DNA from: Bilabrum cf. latius | Taxonomy: Eukaryota | DNA length: 64,000 nt | Direction: 5' to 3' | NCBI GenBank assembly: GCA_965178125.1 | Contig: OZ237749.1 | Span: 186,001-250,000, forward strand | Part shown: positions 50,435 through 61,455 of the stretch, one piece after another | Layout: each line of letters starts with the position of its first letter | How positions within the stretch are numbered: position 1 is the stretch's first letter | The notes under the pieces: model-generated | Databases searched by the model: none | What the model saw: only the letters and a program-made list of their open reading frames with translations | Told to the model about the DNA's origin: nothing | Position numbers and translations under genes: made by a program

Positions 50435-52461
50435 TCAAGACTCGACCCCCTCGATACCGCGCACGGGCACCACCTTCTTCCCGCGGCGCGTCCCAGCCAC
50501 CGAGCCAGACGGGATGCCTTCCCCATCCGGCCCCAGCCCGATCCCCCGGATCTCAGCCTCGCTGAATCCCTCGCTCTGCAGCTGCCTCCGGAGCTCCCTC
50601 GCCGCCCGGCGCTCCAGCAGGTCCTTCCGCATCGAATCGCGCTCCTCCTCCTCCTTGATCTGTGCCCTCTGCCGCTGCGAGAGCTCGCGCGCTGCGGCCT
50701 CCCTCTGAACCTTCTCTTGGGTCACCTGCCGGGCGTACAGGCGCTTCTGCACCCGCTTCCTCGCGGCATCCAGCGCGTCCTGTCTGTTCAGCTCGTCCTC
50801 CTCCTCCCTGAGCCGATCGATCAGCGCCTGGTCCCGCTGCTGTTCCCTGCGCTTCCTGTCCTCCTTCACGGCCATCTGTTCCTCCAGGTTGGCGCGCATC
50901 TCTTCCCGCTGCCTGATCCGCTTCGCGGCCTCCTCGCGCGCCTTCCTCCTCAGTCGCATCTCCTCCTCCTCCCAGTCCCTCCTGAGGCGGTTGCGCTCGT
51001 CCTCGTCCTTGCTCAGCGTGGCCTTGGCCGCCTTGCGGCCCGCGAGCTCCTTGATCTCGTTCTCTTCAGCCTTTTCGATCGCGGCGAGCCGAGCGGCCTC
51101 CTCTTCTTCCAGTCGCTTGCGCAGCGCATACATCTCGAGTTCTTTGTCGCGGGCCGCCTCTTCCTCTCTCTGCTACCTCTTGCGAGCTAGGAGCGCGTCG
51201 TTCAGCTGCTTCAGCTCAACCTGCGCCCGCTTGGCCTCTTCTCTCTTGATCCGCATTCTCTCCTGCCTCCGCGCCTCCTCGTCCTCCATCTGTTTCCGCA
51301 GCATGGCGCCCTCTTGGTCCTTCCTCTCCATCTCCATCACCCTCTTCTTGGCGTTTTCACGGAGCTGTCGCCGCAGCAGCTCGGCGTCCTTCAGCCTGGT
51401 TGCTCTCTTTCTCGCGTGTTCGCGCCTCTCCATGGCCGCCTGCAGTATCCTCTGCTCCTCCTCAGCGTGCGCGAAGTGCGCCTCCCTCTCCTGCTCGGCT
51501 CTCTTTTTCATCTTGACCTCCTCCAGCTGTGCCCTTCGGTCCCGCGAGACGCGGGCGGCCTGCAGACGAGAATTGACCGCCTTGACGCTATCGGTCTGCA
51601 TGGCGACTGCCATGCGAGCCGCTGCGAGACTAGGGTTGGCGGCTTCCTCCTCGTCCATGCGGCGCTCCTCGGCGAGCAGGCGAGCACGAGCAGCTGCTTC
51701 GGCGGACTGGCCCTTACGACCCCCCGCGCGGGCGTCGCCGGCCTGCAACCCGGCACGAAATGTCCTCTCGTCTTCGAGCTTTTTCATGAGCCTGATCCTG
51801 GCGGCGGCTCGCTCGGGGTCTCCCCTAGCGCGCGCCATCACGCGAGCGATGCGGCCCTCGTCCACGCCGCCAGACGGGCCGCCGGCGCTGGACGTCGTCA
51901 GCTTTTGCGATCGGCGCTTTTTCACAGTTCCAGCTGCAACTGTTTGTCTCGCATGCTCATTGTCAGGGTCAACGAGAGCCATCAAAATTGGGTCCGGCCG
52001 AGGAAGCGCTCGCATGCGCTGCCGGTCGACGCTGCTCGCGGCAGACAAGAACTGCCTCTTCGAAGAATCCCCCGTCAAGGTGTTTGGAACTGCATTCTCT
52101 GCAGAAAGCCTTGCTAGTGCCGGGGGCACTCCAAGCTCCCGTGCTGCGATTGACATGAGGAGCTTCTCTCGCTTGCCAACAGGCTCAGGTCGAAATTGAG
52201 CAAAAGCAGACGGGAAACATGAAATATGCGGAGCTCACCGGTTGTCTCGATCAGTTCTTTCTGCTCTTGTCTTTCCCTCTCTTCTTCCTGAAGCCTGGCT
52301 TGAATAGAATAAAGCTCGCGGCCACTAATAACGTTGAGCTTTCCCATGCCACGCCGCGTGCCCCCTTTCTGCGCTGCAGCGAGCCTTCGCGCCACGCCTG
52401 CGGTAGAAGGACCAGATGTATACCCAAACACGATGCTGTCACCCCCGCTTCTGAGGGACAT
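50435..52461 (-). CDS. CFAP45: Cilia/flagella-associated coiled-coil protein, CFAP45-like (trichoplein/TPH family)
   Basis: DSVKAVNSRLQAARVSRDRRAQLEE..ERKDQEG in a Glu/Arg-rich coiled coil. TAG 51173 joins ORFs 51173..52156 and 50435..51133. Probable intron near 52170-52238. Ends TGA. Confidence 0.62.
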
Positions 52462-52990
52462 GGCCTAGATATGTGGAGCCAGAAGCTTGCGACCTCGCGA
52501 ACGGCTAGCCCAAAATCATGCTTCATCTTTCAAGTTTTGGCGGTCGCAAGCCCCCGCGCGATCGATCATCGAAGTGATCATCGCATCGCCTGGTATGCTT
52601 GGCCTCACAAGCACTGGTGGCAATAATTTGTCAGAGTACATGGTGCCAGGGGCAAGAGATAGGCACATTTGAGACGGTAACACTCTGGAATTCTACTTGT
52701 ATGGCTTGTTCGGTTCTGCGCATCGCGCGGAGGCTTACTCGACTGTGCGGCAGTTCCACTGCGCGACAAAATTGATTGTGCGGTTGGTCAACAAGTGTGA
52801 GCTTGCTGTGGTTCCTGCTTGAGGCGCCTCCACGCGCACAGGCGAGTAATCGAACCTTGAACGAACCTTCACCTCATCAAGAACGGCGCACGATGACCAA
52901 TAAAATCCCTAGCCGCGAGTGATCCTGGGTCTTTGCCCAATCAAAGGTAGACCAATCTCTCCTTAAATTAGTTCCGGAACGAAGCAGGCA

Positions 52991-55969
52991 ATGTCAAGGC
53001 TTGGATCAACTGTTGTAGTTGCAAGCAGCTCCGCAAAGGATCTCGTGGACAGCGCAGGGTCTGGATCACAGCGGCAGCTGGTAAAAATTCATTGCGGGGA
53101 TCAAAGCAGAGACTTTGATTCAAGTTTGCATGGGCTGATTGGCGAGAATCTTCGGTGTTTAGTCTTGGATGAAGCGAGGCTTGGCTCGAGCGCACCAGCT
53201 ACAGCAACTGTGGTTCTGAACCAGGTTCTGGCAGTTGGAGCCTGCCAGCGTTTAGGTCGGCTGTGCATCCGAATGACGCAATTATCTCCGGATCTCATCG
53301 CTTCGATTGCAGAGGTCCTTCAAAGTTGCAAGAGCCTTCGGTAGCTGTAGCTGCGGTCTCAAATCAACCTCAAGGTGGCAGAGTCCAAGACCATTTTTGA
53401 TGCGCTGCATTCGAACGGCAGCATCATGCACCTGGAACTCCCATCGTTTGCCGGATTCGTGGTTCCAGCGCCTGGAGCTCCGTTTGCATCCGCGGTGCTG
53501 GCTTCGCCGGTCGCGGCAAGCCTGATGGAGTATTTGAGCAGCAGGCGCTGCCAGCTCAAATTTTTCCGAGTCGTTTGCAACAACAACGACGCGGTGCTTG
53601 CGCTGAGCGAAGCGCTGCGGGCCGCGAAGAATTCGTCCATCGAGCAGCTGGAGGTGACGGTGGCATGCAAGCCGTAGGGAGGTTCGATGGCACGATTCGC
53701 AGCGGGCATCGGGCAGTGCGCGGGCCTCAAGCGGCTGTATCTATCCATTAAGGTTCCCTTCATGATGACCCTTCCTCTTGACGAGGCCGGGCGGATGCAA
53801 CTCGCCGGTGCCATCGCAGAGCATTCAACGCTGCAGTCCGTGCACCTCAATGGGATCGACTGCACCGGCGTTCTGGGCCTGATGGTGTCCGGGCCAGCCC
53901 CCCGAAATGGTGTAGCGCGCAAGGGGGCTCTGAGACAGCTCGTGCTCGACCAGGTGCTGGGCGACGATGCCACGTATATTGGCTTCTCGGAGGCGGTCAG
54001 GGCCGGGCCCCCCTCCTGCTCCTCGCTGGAGACCATCTCCTTCTCGGACCCCGAGAGCACGAATTTCGTCCATGCGAGGCTTATGGAGGGCATAGCTGGA
54101 TCTTCCACGATCAAATCCGTCCATTTGCATGACAGTTTGTTCAGGACATTCGGTGCCGATGAAGAACCTATTGACCACCTGTTCCGATCTGAACATGACG
54201 AGGAGGCCGCGCCATCACCCACGCCACGAGCCATGTGCCAGCGCAACATCCGCATCGCGAGCGCAACTCCGCCCCCAGAATTCTTCGTGTCCCTCGGCGG
54301 GAGTTTAGGGAGCGGCACAGGTAGTCTAGAGGAACTGCACATGGACTTGGCAAACCTGACTGACTCGGCCAGCACGCAGGGGCTGTGCGACGGACTGCGG
54401 GCAAACACCACGCTGCGCCGGCTGTTTTTCTGCAACGTCTAGACCGGCATTGCCACACGAATCGCTGGAGCGCTGGCCGCCAATGCCGCCGTGCGTCTCA
54501 CCCACCTGGAGATGCCGGGCCAGTGGGGTCATGACGCCGACAGCGCCTTTGAGGCAGCGGACAGCCTGGGCAGGTTGGCCGGACTGAGGCATTTGAGCGT
54601 GCAGCACGGCCTCGTGGCGGAGGACCAGGGTTACACGCTGTTCCGATCCATCGTGGAGCGATCGCGAATGGAGCACCTGGACATCCGGTCATGCGAGGTG
54701 TCTGACGGTGATTTGCAGGCACTCCTGACCAAGTGCCGTAGCCTACGGACGATAAGGATCGGCGGCATTTCTACAGAGCGGGCGCGGATCGCCATTGTTC
54801 CCGCCATGCGCGCCATCACCGAATCTACCGGCCCGGCCAGCTGCCTGAGAGAGATAGAGGTATGGATTTTCTAGCCTGCATGGCTCATGCAAGGGGATGC
54901 GGCCTCGCTGAAGAAGAGGGAGCGCAAGATCCGGAAAGGCATTTTGAGCGCAAAGCAGGAGCTGCAGGACGCGATCGAATCTGTCCCGTTCGTCACGCAG
55001 TTGCAGCCACCCGACCAAGGCGGCGCAGAGGCACCCCCTTGTAGCGGGCTGAAGAGTCCGGGGCCAGACGCGCGGCAAGCCGTCGTTGCCCGCTGGACCA
55101 GCGAGCCGGCTACCTGCTCAAGAGCTGCCGCTCTGCTGCGCATGGCGATCCATGGGGTGTGCATCACTCCCAAGGATGCATGTTTCTACGCAGCGGCAGC
55201 GCTCGGTGCTGGCAGAGACGCAGGATCCGGTGCCCAAGAGGCATCTGCGCCAGCGCCTGCAACGAGCGCTGTCGGCAGCAAGGCGTCCGATGCAGCTGGC
55301 GGTGATTGGGTCGACTCTGTTAGTCTGGCAGCGCTTCTTGATAACTTATCAGAGTGCTGCAGCCCACGGACATCAAGTTTGGACGAGGTGTCCGCGCTGG
55401 ATTGGAGGGCGGAAGGCGCCTCGATGGTCCCGGAAGAGGGATGCAGGACAGGGGCGCTGGGCTGGGGGGACCCATTGTTGAGTGCCAATGGCGATCTAGG
55501 TCCGTTCAGGCAGGCGATACCCTCAGAGGTCATTGCGGAAACAGGGGTGATGTGTGAGGCCATTCGAGTGGGTACGCATTGGCTGGGTGGAAGCACTGCC
55601 AGTGGAGATGGCCCAGCCACCGGTGCTGGAGCGGGTGCCGCTGCAGGTGGTGACACCTATGACCACGATCGTGTGGCAGAGGCGCTGCGGGGCCTCATGG
55701 CAACGCATGCGGTGCTGCATCGGGAGCAGGTCATCCGGTGGAGGCACGCATGCGAGGCACGGCGGGATGCTGCATGTGTCTTCCAGGCGGCGAAAGAGGG
55801 CCGCCCCATGGAGCTGGCAAAGAGGTTGAGGCTCGGTGCGCTGGCTGGGGGGCTGGAGATGAAGGGCGAAATGGAGGACGGGAGGGCTGTTGGGCCGCTG
55901 GAGGCTGCTGTGCTTGGGGGGCATGAGGAGTGCAAGCAGCTTCTAGAGAAGGCTGGAGCGCGGGCATAA
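52991..55969 (+). CDS. RNI-like leucine-rich-repeat protein with the shared C-terminal module
   Basis: LxxLxL repeats (SLR*L*L, GLKRLYL, SLEELHM, TLRRLFF, GLRHLSV). One frame through TAG 53342, 53348, 53675, 54440 and 54872. C-terminal AAKEGRPMELAKRLRLGALAGGL..PLEAAVLGGHEEC. Ends TAA. Confidence 0.82.
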
Positions 55970-56219
55970 GCACTGAGTGGTGGAATCATAGATCAGATCA
56001 GGTATCAGATCCGGGCAATGACCCGACCAAGCCAAGCAAGGCCTGATGCACGCGCACCACATCGCATCAAATCCGATCTTATCCATCCGACCCCGTCATA
56101 CTCATCGCACCTGGTCGATGCTATGGCCTGCTCAATCCGAGGCCCAAATTGCTTCTATTCATCCAGGAAGCCAGACACATGGTTTGCACCTCAAAGAGGG
56201 TTATCTAGGCCCCTTTGAC

Positions 56220-59051
56220 TCAATGGAACAGGGGTGTCCCATCTGCCAGCAGCCAGGGCCGGCCAACGTCCCTGCCCTCAAACAGGTGCGACCGCACAGC
56301 GTCACCGCGGTAGTCCTCGTGCAGGTGGTCGGGCACATCATCACCGGACTCGAGCAGGCGGCCAGTCATGGGATCCTGGTTAGCAAGCAGCCGCTCCAGC
56401 ATCGTGCGCTGCACCTCTGCTTCGGACAGGTCCTCTAGCCCAACCCATTCGTTGATGTGTGGGTCCGACTCGCGGGCAGCTGTCGCTGCAGCCACTGCCT
56501 GCACACCCCGGAGCGCTTGCAGGCTCCTGCGGCGGAATACGACGGCGTTCTCATCCGCAACCGTGCGTACTCGCTGTGCCGTTGAGTAGGGTAGCTGAAA
56601 TCTGGTCGTGTTGAGGTTCATCGCGACCCACTGCATCAGAGCGCTACCGTCAAAGGTGGCCTGCGCATAGGGGTCGTCAGCAGTCATCATGGCATCCATT
56701 GCATCGGCATACGACTAGGTCGCTGGCAGACCGCACAGGAACGGGTATGTGGTCAGGTTGGAGGGAACGAAGGACGTGTTGCGCAGCGAAGGGGCCCCGT
56801 TGCTGTCCCAGATGTACCCCTCGTACCAGTTGGCCACGAAGAACTCGTCCAGGAACCACGGCACGCTGCGGTCGTAGTAGTCGTCAAACTCGCCCGTGCC
56901 CACGTGGATGCTTCCCACGAACCACTCCCTGCAGATCGACCCCGTGTCGGCCACAAACTGCACGAGCTCGTCCGATGCAGCCTCTCGAGCTGTCCTCGTC
57001 AGGCTTGGCTGCACCCTGCCTAGGGTGCGGATGGTGGGCTGAGTCTTGTAGTGAAACAGGGAGGGGCCCTGCACCAGATTCTCAGCGGAGACGAAGCCCG
57101 GGCTCCTCATGCTGATGGTGCGCGGGACGTACTCATCCGTCAGCTCGGAACTGGGCAGGAAATCGACAGATAAGTATCGTTCTGAGTCGTACGTGAACAC
57201 CATGATGCGGGCCGCGCACTCGTCACGTGATCCGATCCCCTCAACGCACCTGGAATCCACAGGGGACAGTGTGACCGTCTCTGGCCCAAACTGATTGAAG
57301 TTGTCCAAGTCTTTGGTGCCCAACAGAAGCTGGTTAGAGCAGCTCATCTGCGAGTACGACAACTTGCACTTGCCTTCAGGGGTGCCAGAATCGGGCCGAT
57401 CGTTGTGAGACGGGCTGAAGTAGTAGTCCACCGCACCGGGCAAATCTAGCAGATCTTGCCATCGGTCGCCCCAGCTGGCCACCACGTCCAAGTCCCAGGG
57501 CCTGCGGCCCCAGTTCAATGATACGGCAGTGGCATTAATCGGCGAATTCGCCCCATCCATTCCGTTGATCTCCCACGCGAAGCTGCCTGCCGCGTGAAAG
57601 CTATCGGTCGTGCGGACCTCGTCATCTGAGATGGTGATGGGGGCGGCCGTCTCCGCCTTGTAGGTCTGGTTCGCGAACGCTGGGAACTAAAACGTGGTGC
57701 TGCTCGAAGACTCCCCAGTTGCCACGACGCTGTTCCCATCCGTGTTGCGGACCGTGACGGTGGCGGTGAGCTGAGTGAGTGACTCCACCCTGATGTTGCG
57801 GATGGTGACCGTGACCATGTCTGGGCTGGGAAAGGGCGTCTGCGAAACACGAGAGGGAGAGGTGCGTCGGGACATTGGGTCAAAACGCGACGTTACTACC
57901 TGAAATAGGTCGACCATTGAGAGATTCATAAGCAAGCTAGAGGTGCTGCTCACAGGGGACGGCGATGGAGTACTGCTCGGGCTGGCCGTGATGCTTGGGC
58001 TACTGCTCGAAGTGGGCGAGGTGCTCGGGCTGCTGCTAACGCTCGAAGTGGGCGAGGTGCTCGGGCTGCTGCTAACGCTCGAAGTGGGCGAGGTGCTCGG
58101 GCTGCTGCTAACGCTCGAAGTGGGCGAGGTACTCGGACTGCTGCTGGCGCTCGAAGTGGGCGAGGTGCTCGGACTGCTGCTGGCGCTCGAAGTGGGCGAG
58201 GTGCTCGGGCTGCTGCTGGCGCTCGAAGTGGGCGAGGTGCTCGGACTGCTGCTGGCGCTCGAAGTGGGCGAGGTGCTCGGGCTGCTGCTGGCGCTCGAAG
58301 TGGGCGAGGTGCTCGGACTGCTGCTGGCGCTCGGTGTTGGGGTTGGAAGTACCGGGATGGCCCCATACTTCACGGGATCACGCCTTGGCACCGCTCGGAT
58401 GCCCGAGCCTACCGGGCCAGCGGCGAGCTACTCCTGCAGGCCTTGCTCGAGGCTGCCGTCCTCAACAGAGTCTGCCAGGGTTTCTGCCGCATCGGCAGCT
58501 TCTTGCTGGGAAGAAAACCCAACCGTTGCGGTCAACACGAAACCTTGGCCCTCGGAGCTTGGCGCGAGCTGCAGCAAAATGTCGTCGCTGTCCACTCCAA
58601 GAAGCGTCGCGATCACGGCGGTGCTGTTCTGGACGTCTCCGCACCCGATGGTCGATCCATCTGTTTCTAAGTCTATGGAGAGGGTGCTGTAGAAGCTGTG
58701 CAGGCGGTTAAAATTATCTGTTGCCTCGGTCGTAAATCCGCTGCTCGCCTGGCCGTCTGTTGTGGGGCAACCTAGTCCATCTGCCGCAGTTTCTTCCTCG
58801 GCTGTACCGATGTCCATACGCTCATTTTCTTTACCACGAAGTAGAAAAAGGGCCACTAGCAGTGATGCCAGAAGCACACACAAAAGCACGCATGCGGCAA
58901 TCCACATGCCAAAAGCACCGCGACACGATCGCTTTGACTCAGCTTTTACGTGGCGTTCAGGTGCTTCAAGCGCCTTATCCTCGTAATCACGGCTCCTGTA
59001 TTGCTTCAAAGATCCGTTTGATGAGTTCGTGGTCTAGTTTGTCCGGGACAT
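56220..59051 (-). CDS. Type II membrane/surface protein with Ser/Thr/Pro mucin-like repeats and a YfaP/DUF2135-like segment
   Basis: ATG 59051, one frame through TAG 59034, 58428, 57687 and 56715. N-proximal TM (WIAACVLLCVLLASLLVALFLL), SSSPSTSPTSSA repeats, DLDVVASW..LDNFNQFGPETVTL. Ends TGA. Confidence 0.75.
58005..58328. repeat. Coding minisatellite, 9 x 36 bp
   Basis: gctcgaagtgggcgaggtgctcgg(g/a)ctgctgct(aac/ggc) head-to-tail with no spacers. Encodes the Ser/Thr/Pro stalk on the minus strand. Confidence 0.95.
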
Positions 59052-59642
59052 AGGATTGTTCCCGGCGAAGTTTACCACGTGCGGCTCATCAGATGCTTTT
59101 TGCATCTGCGGTGGCAGGAAGCATCCAGGCAATCGTACCGTTGGCGGCGAATGTATTGATAATGGTGTGGGCTGCAAGACTCCTAGGGTCAATCTCACCT
59201 TCTACAATACACAGCTGGACCTTTTAGATGGTCCCTTGCGCTGTCGGACACGCGGCAAACTCACATTTGCACGCAACTAGAAGATTATATCAGGTCCCGC
59301 ACCACCACGCAGCCTCCGGATCTCCGGATGAATTCAAGCCTTTTTGGGGCATCATGCCGGGGATCAAATCCTTAACTTGCGGAACTAGTACCAGATGCAG
59401 AAAGTAGAAGGCCGAACTTAGGCTATTCGCTGCAGGAAATGGTCAATGAACTCGGTGATCTATTTCTCCGATGCGGAGAAAAAGCGCTGGACTGAAAGCC
59501 AGGGAACAAGAGAGAAGAGATAGTACGCATGAGGTGGACACTGCAATTTTGCGATACCAAATTAAACGGGTCCCCAAATCATATATAATTTCCAATAGTA
59601 CGATTTGGAGACTTAAGGAATCGGTAGGAGGCGAAGTATTAG

Positions 59643-59897
59643 CTTGACCGGCCTGACCGGGGCTGGGAAGTGCACGTTGCGCTGCACGACTCCAAGGGGG
59701 ACGGGGTCGGGAGGGTGGGCAAAAATTACCCAATCTCCGCCCCTCTCCTGAACACAGAGAGGGTATGTGCGTCATCGCAAGCAATCCGTTCGGCTTTGTC
59801 GCACCTTCCCGGTTGCAAACGCCACCGGAACCCGACGAGACGTTCACGCGCTCCCGCTCTGGCATCGACACCGAACCCCATACGGCGTTAGGATCAG
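59643..59897 (-). repeat. Dispersed non-coding repeat, copy 2 (inverted relative to copy 1)
   Basis: Reverse complement aligns with 32069..32373 but lacks the 66-bp segment. Confidence 0.85.
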
Positions 59898-60489
59898 TAG
59901 AAGGCCTGGGGTTTTAGGTAAGCATAAACTGTGCTGTAAATCGAGGCTAGCCACCGTGTAAATTTTGGCTTTTTCGTGCTTGCACCTCTAGGCCTACCGC
60001 ACCCTGGGCGCCGCGCTTGGACGAGTCGACATGTCGTGTGGCGTGATTGAGGTGAAGGAATGGGGCGGGAGGGGGGTGGAATGTAGGAAAGGTGGATAAG
60101 GTGGACGGGGTGGATGACGCGGGAGGCACAGATAGGGCAGGGATGTACGCAGTACCATCAGCCCAAGATCAGACAAGGTTGGTCGCAGGCTACACACCGC
60201 CACGAAGCACAACTCCCAAAAAGAAGGTATGCAGTGCACGCAGTTTGCGTACCCCATTAAATTTGTCCTTGGGGTTCTATTGTCCGACACACCGGTAGGC
60301 AAGGCCGCAGCAGGAGCTGGTGGTCAGGTGGGAGGGCTGGCAGCGGGAGTTGCGCAGCCAGGAGCGGCATGTGCAGCGGAGCCCATGGCGTGAGCTTGCT
60401 GATCCATTCGACCTGCCCAATGCGATTTCCCCCGGGGTGATTATATTAGTGGGAGAGAGAGAGAGAGAGAAAATAGAGTTTTCGCACGC

Positions 60490-61390
60490 AATTCAATACC
60501 AGAGACAATCCGAGGACTGCCACCAAAGTAACGCGCACCTTAACAGGGGACCCAGCTGTACCCGCGTTGGCGGAGCCAGTCAGGACCTGAAAAGGCCTCT
60601 GAAGAAATAGTTGGTCTGGTTAAGACCGATACATGCCTAGGACCCGTGTCTTAAGCGCATCGCGTTGAGATCTCCTGGGAGTCAGACCCAGTCGAACGTC
60701 CGCAGTGAGGGAGCATGCGCGAGGAAGGCCTGGCGAGGCGTGAGGCGTTCAGCCTCTCGCCACCAGACCGCCACATAGTCCGCCTCTAGGACTTGTTGCC
60801 TGCTCCAGATCCGGGAGCGTGCTAGCCTTGCCGTTCCCTTCGCCCAGATGCGTTCTAGCACCTGAAGCTCCTTGCTGAGGGCGCAACGGCCCAGCGTTCC
60901 TGTCATCCACTCTCCGATGAACTAGTTCTCGGAGGGATTCAGTATGTGTCAGAGCGGGTGGGCTCGGATTGCAAGGTCTCGGGCTGTTGGGCTGCCCGAG
61001 CTGAGTTGTTCAGCTACGCACAGTTGGCAGGACTACAACCCCTCGATGGCTCGTCCGAAGCTCTCATTGGCCCTCTGCTACAAGCGTCGGATTGCACGTC
61101 GGCACCGTTCTTGGAGTTGTTCGAGGGTGCCTTGGACGATAGAGAGCTCCAAGGAGTCTGCGTCTCCTCGGTGTTCCTGTGTCAGCACCTGCTCCGTTTT
61201 GACGTGTTCCATCCATAGTGCTCTCCCCACTGCCGTGGGTGCCCAGGGTACGTCCGTGTGCGTGGCTTCCGCGCGCATCATTTCGGCCTGTACCGAGCGT
61301 TCTCCTCTGTGGTGCATGGTCCCTTCCCGAGGGTAACGCCCAGTGAGCCATCGGAGTAGTGGGCCCGGGGCCCCCGGGTAGAACATACTT
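60490..61390 (-). pseudogene. Decayed ORF, possibly a transposable-element relic
   Basis: ORFs 61078..61485 and 60682..60906 are in one frame but interrupted by TGA (60949, 60682) as well as TAG. Has a CQLC motif. Lies next to a (GA)n run at ~60452-60470 and repeat copy 2. Confidence 0.35.
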
Positions 61391-61455
61391 ATTCTCTCTC
61401 TCGCACTGGTTGTCTTCTTTCCGTCCGTAACGTCCACTCTTGTGATCTTTCTATT

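Noticed and set aside
50889-52199. Long plus-strand ORF (436 aa), and similar shadow ORFs such as 45111..46541 (-), 57943..58692 (+) and 53359..54435 (-)
   Set aside because: Antisense shadows of real genes caused by GC-rich codon bias; no recognisable motifs.
55967-56218. TAA also read as Gln (the frame would continue to TGA 56216)
   Set aside because: EKAGARA is a natural end for the module, the extension is not protein-like, and no in-frame TAA was found inside coding exons.
58005-58328. 36-bp repeats as a CRISPR array
   Set aside because: Head-to-tail units with no unique spacers, in frame within a eukaryotic gene, and no cas genes.
59643-59897. Suppressor tRNA-Gln(CUA) or other tRNA/rRNA gene in the window
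   Set aside because: A GGTTCG B-box-like word is present on the minus strand, but I could not fold a cloverleaf here, and I did not notice a tRNA or rRNA gene elsewhere in the window.
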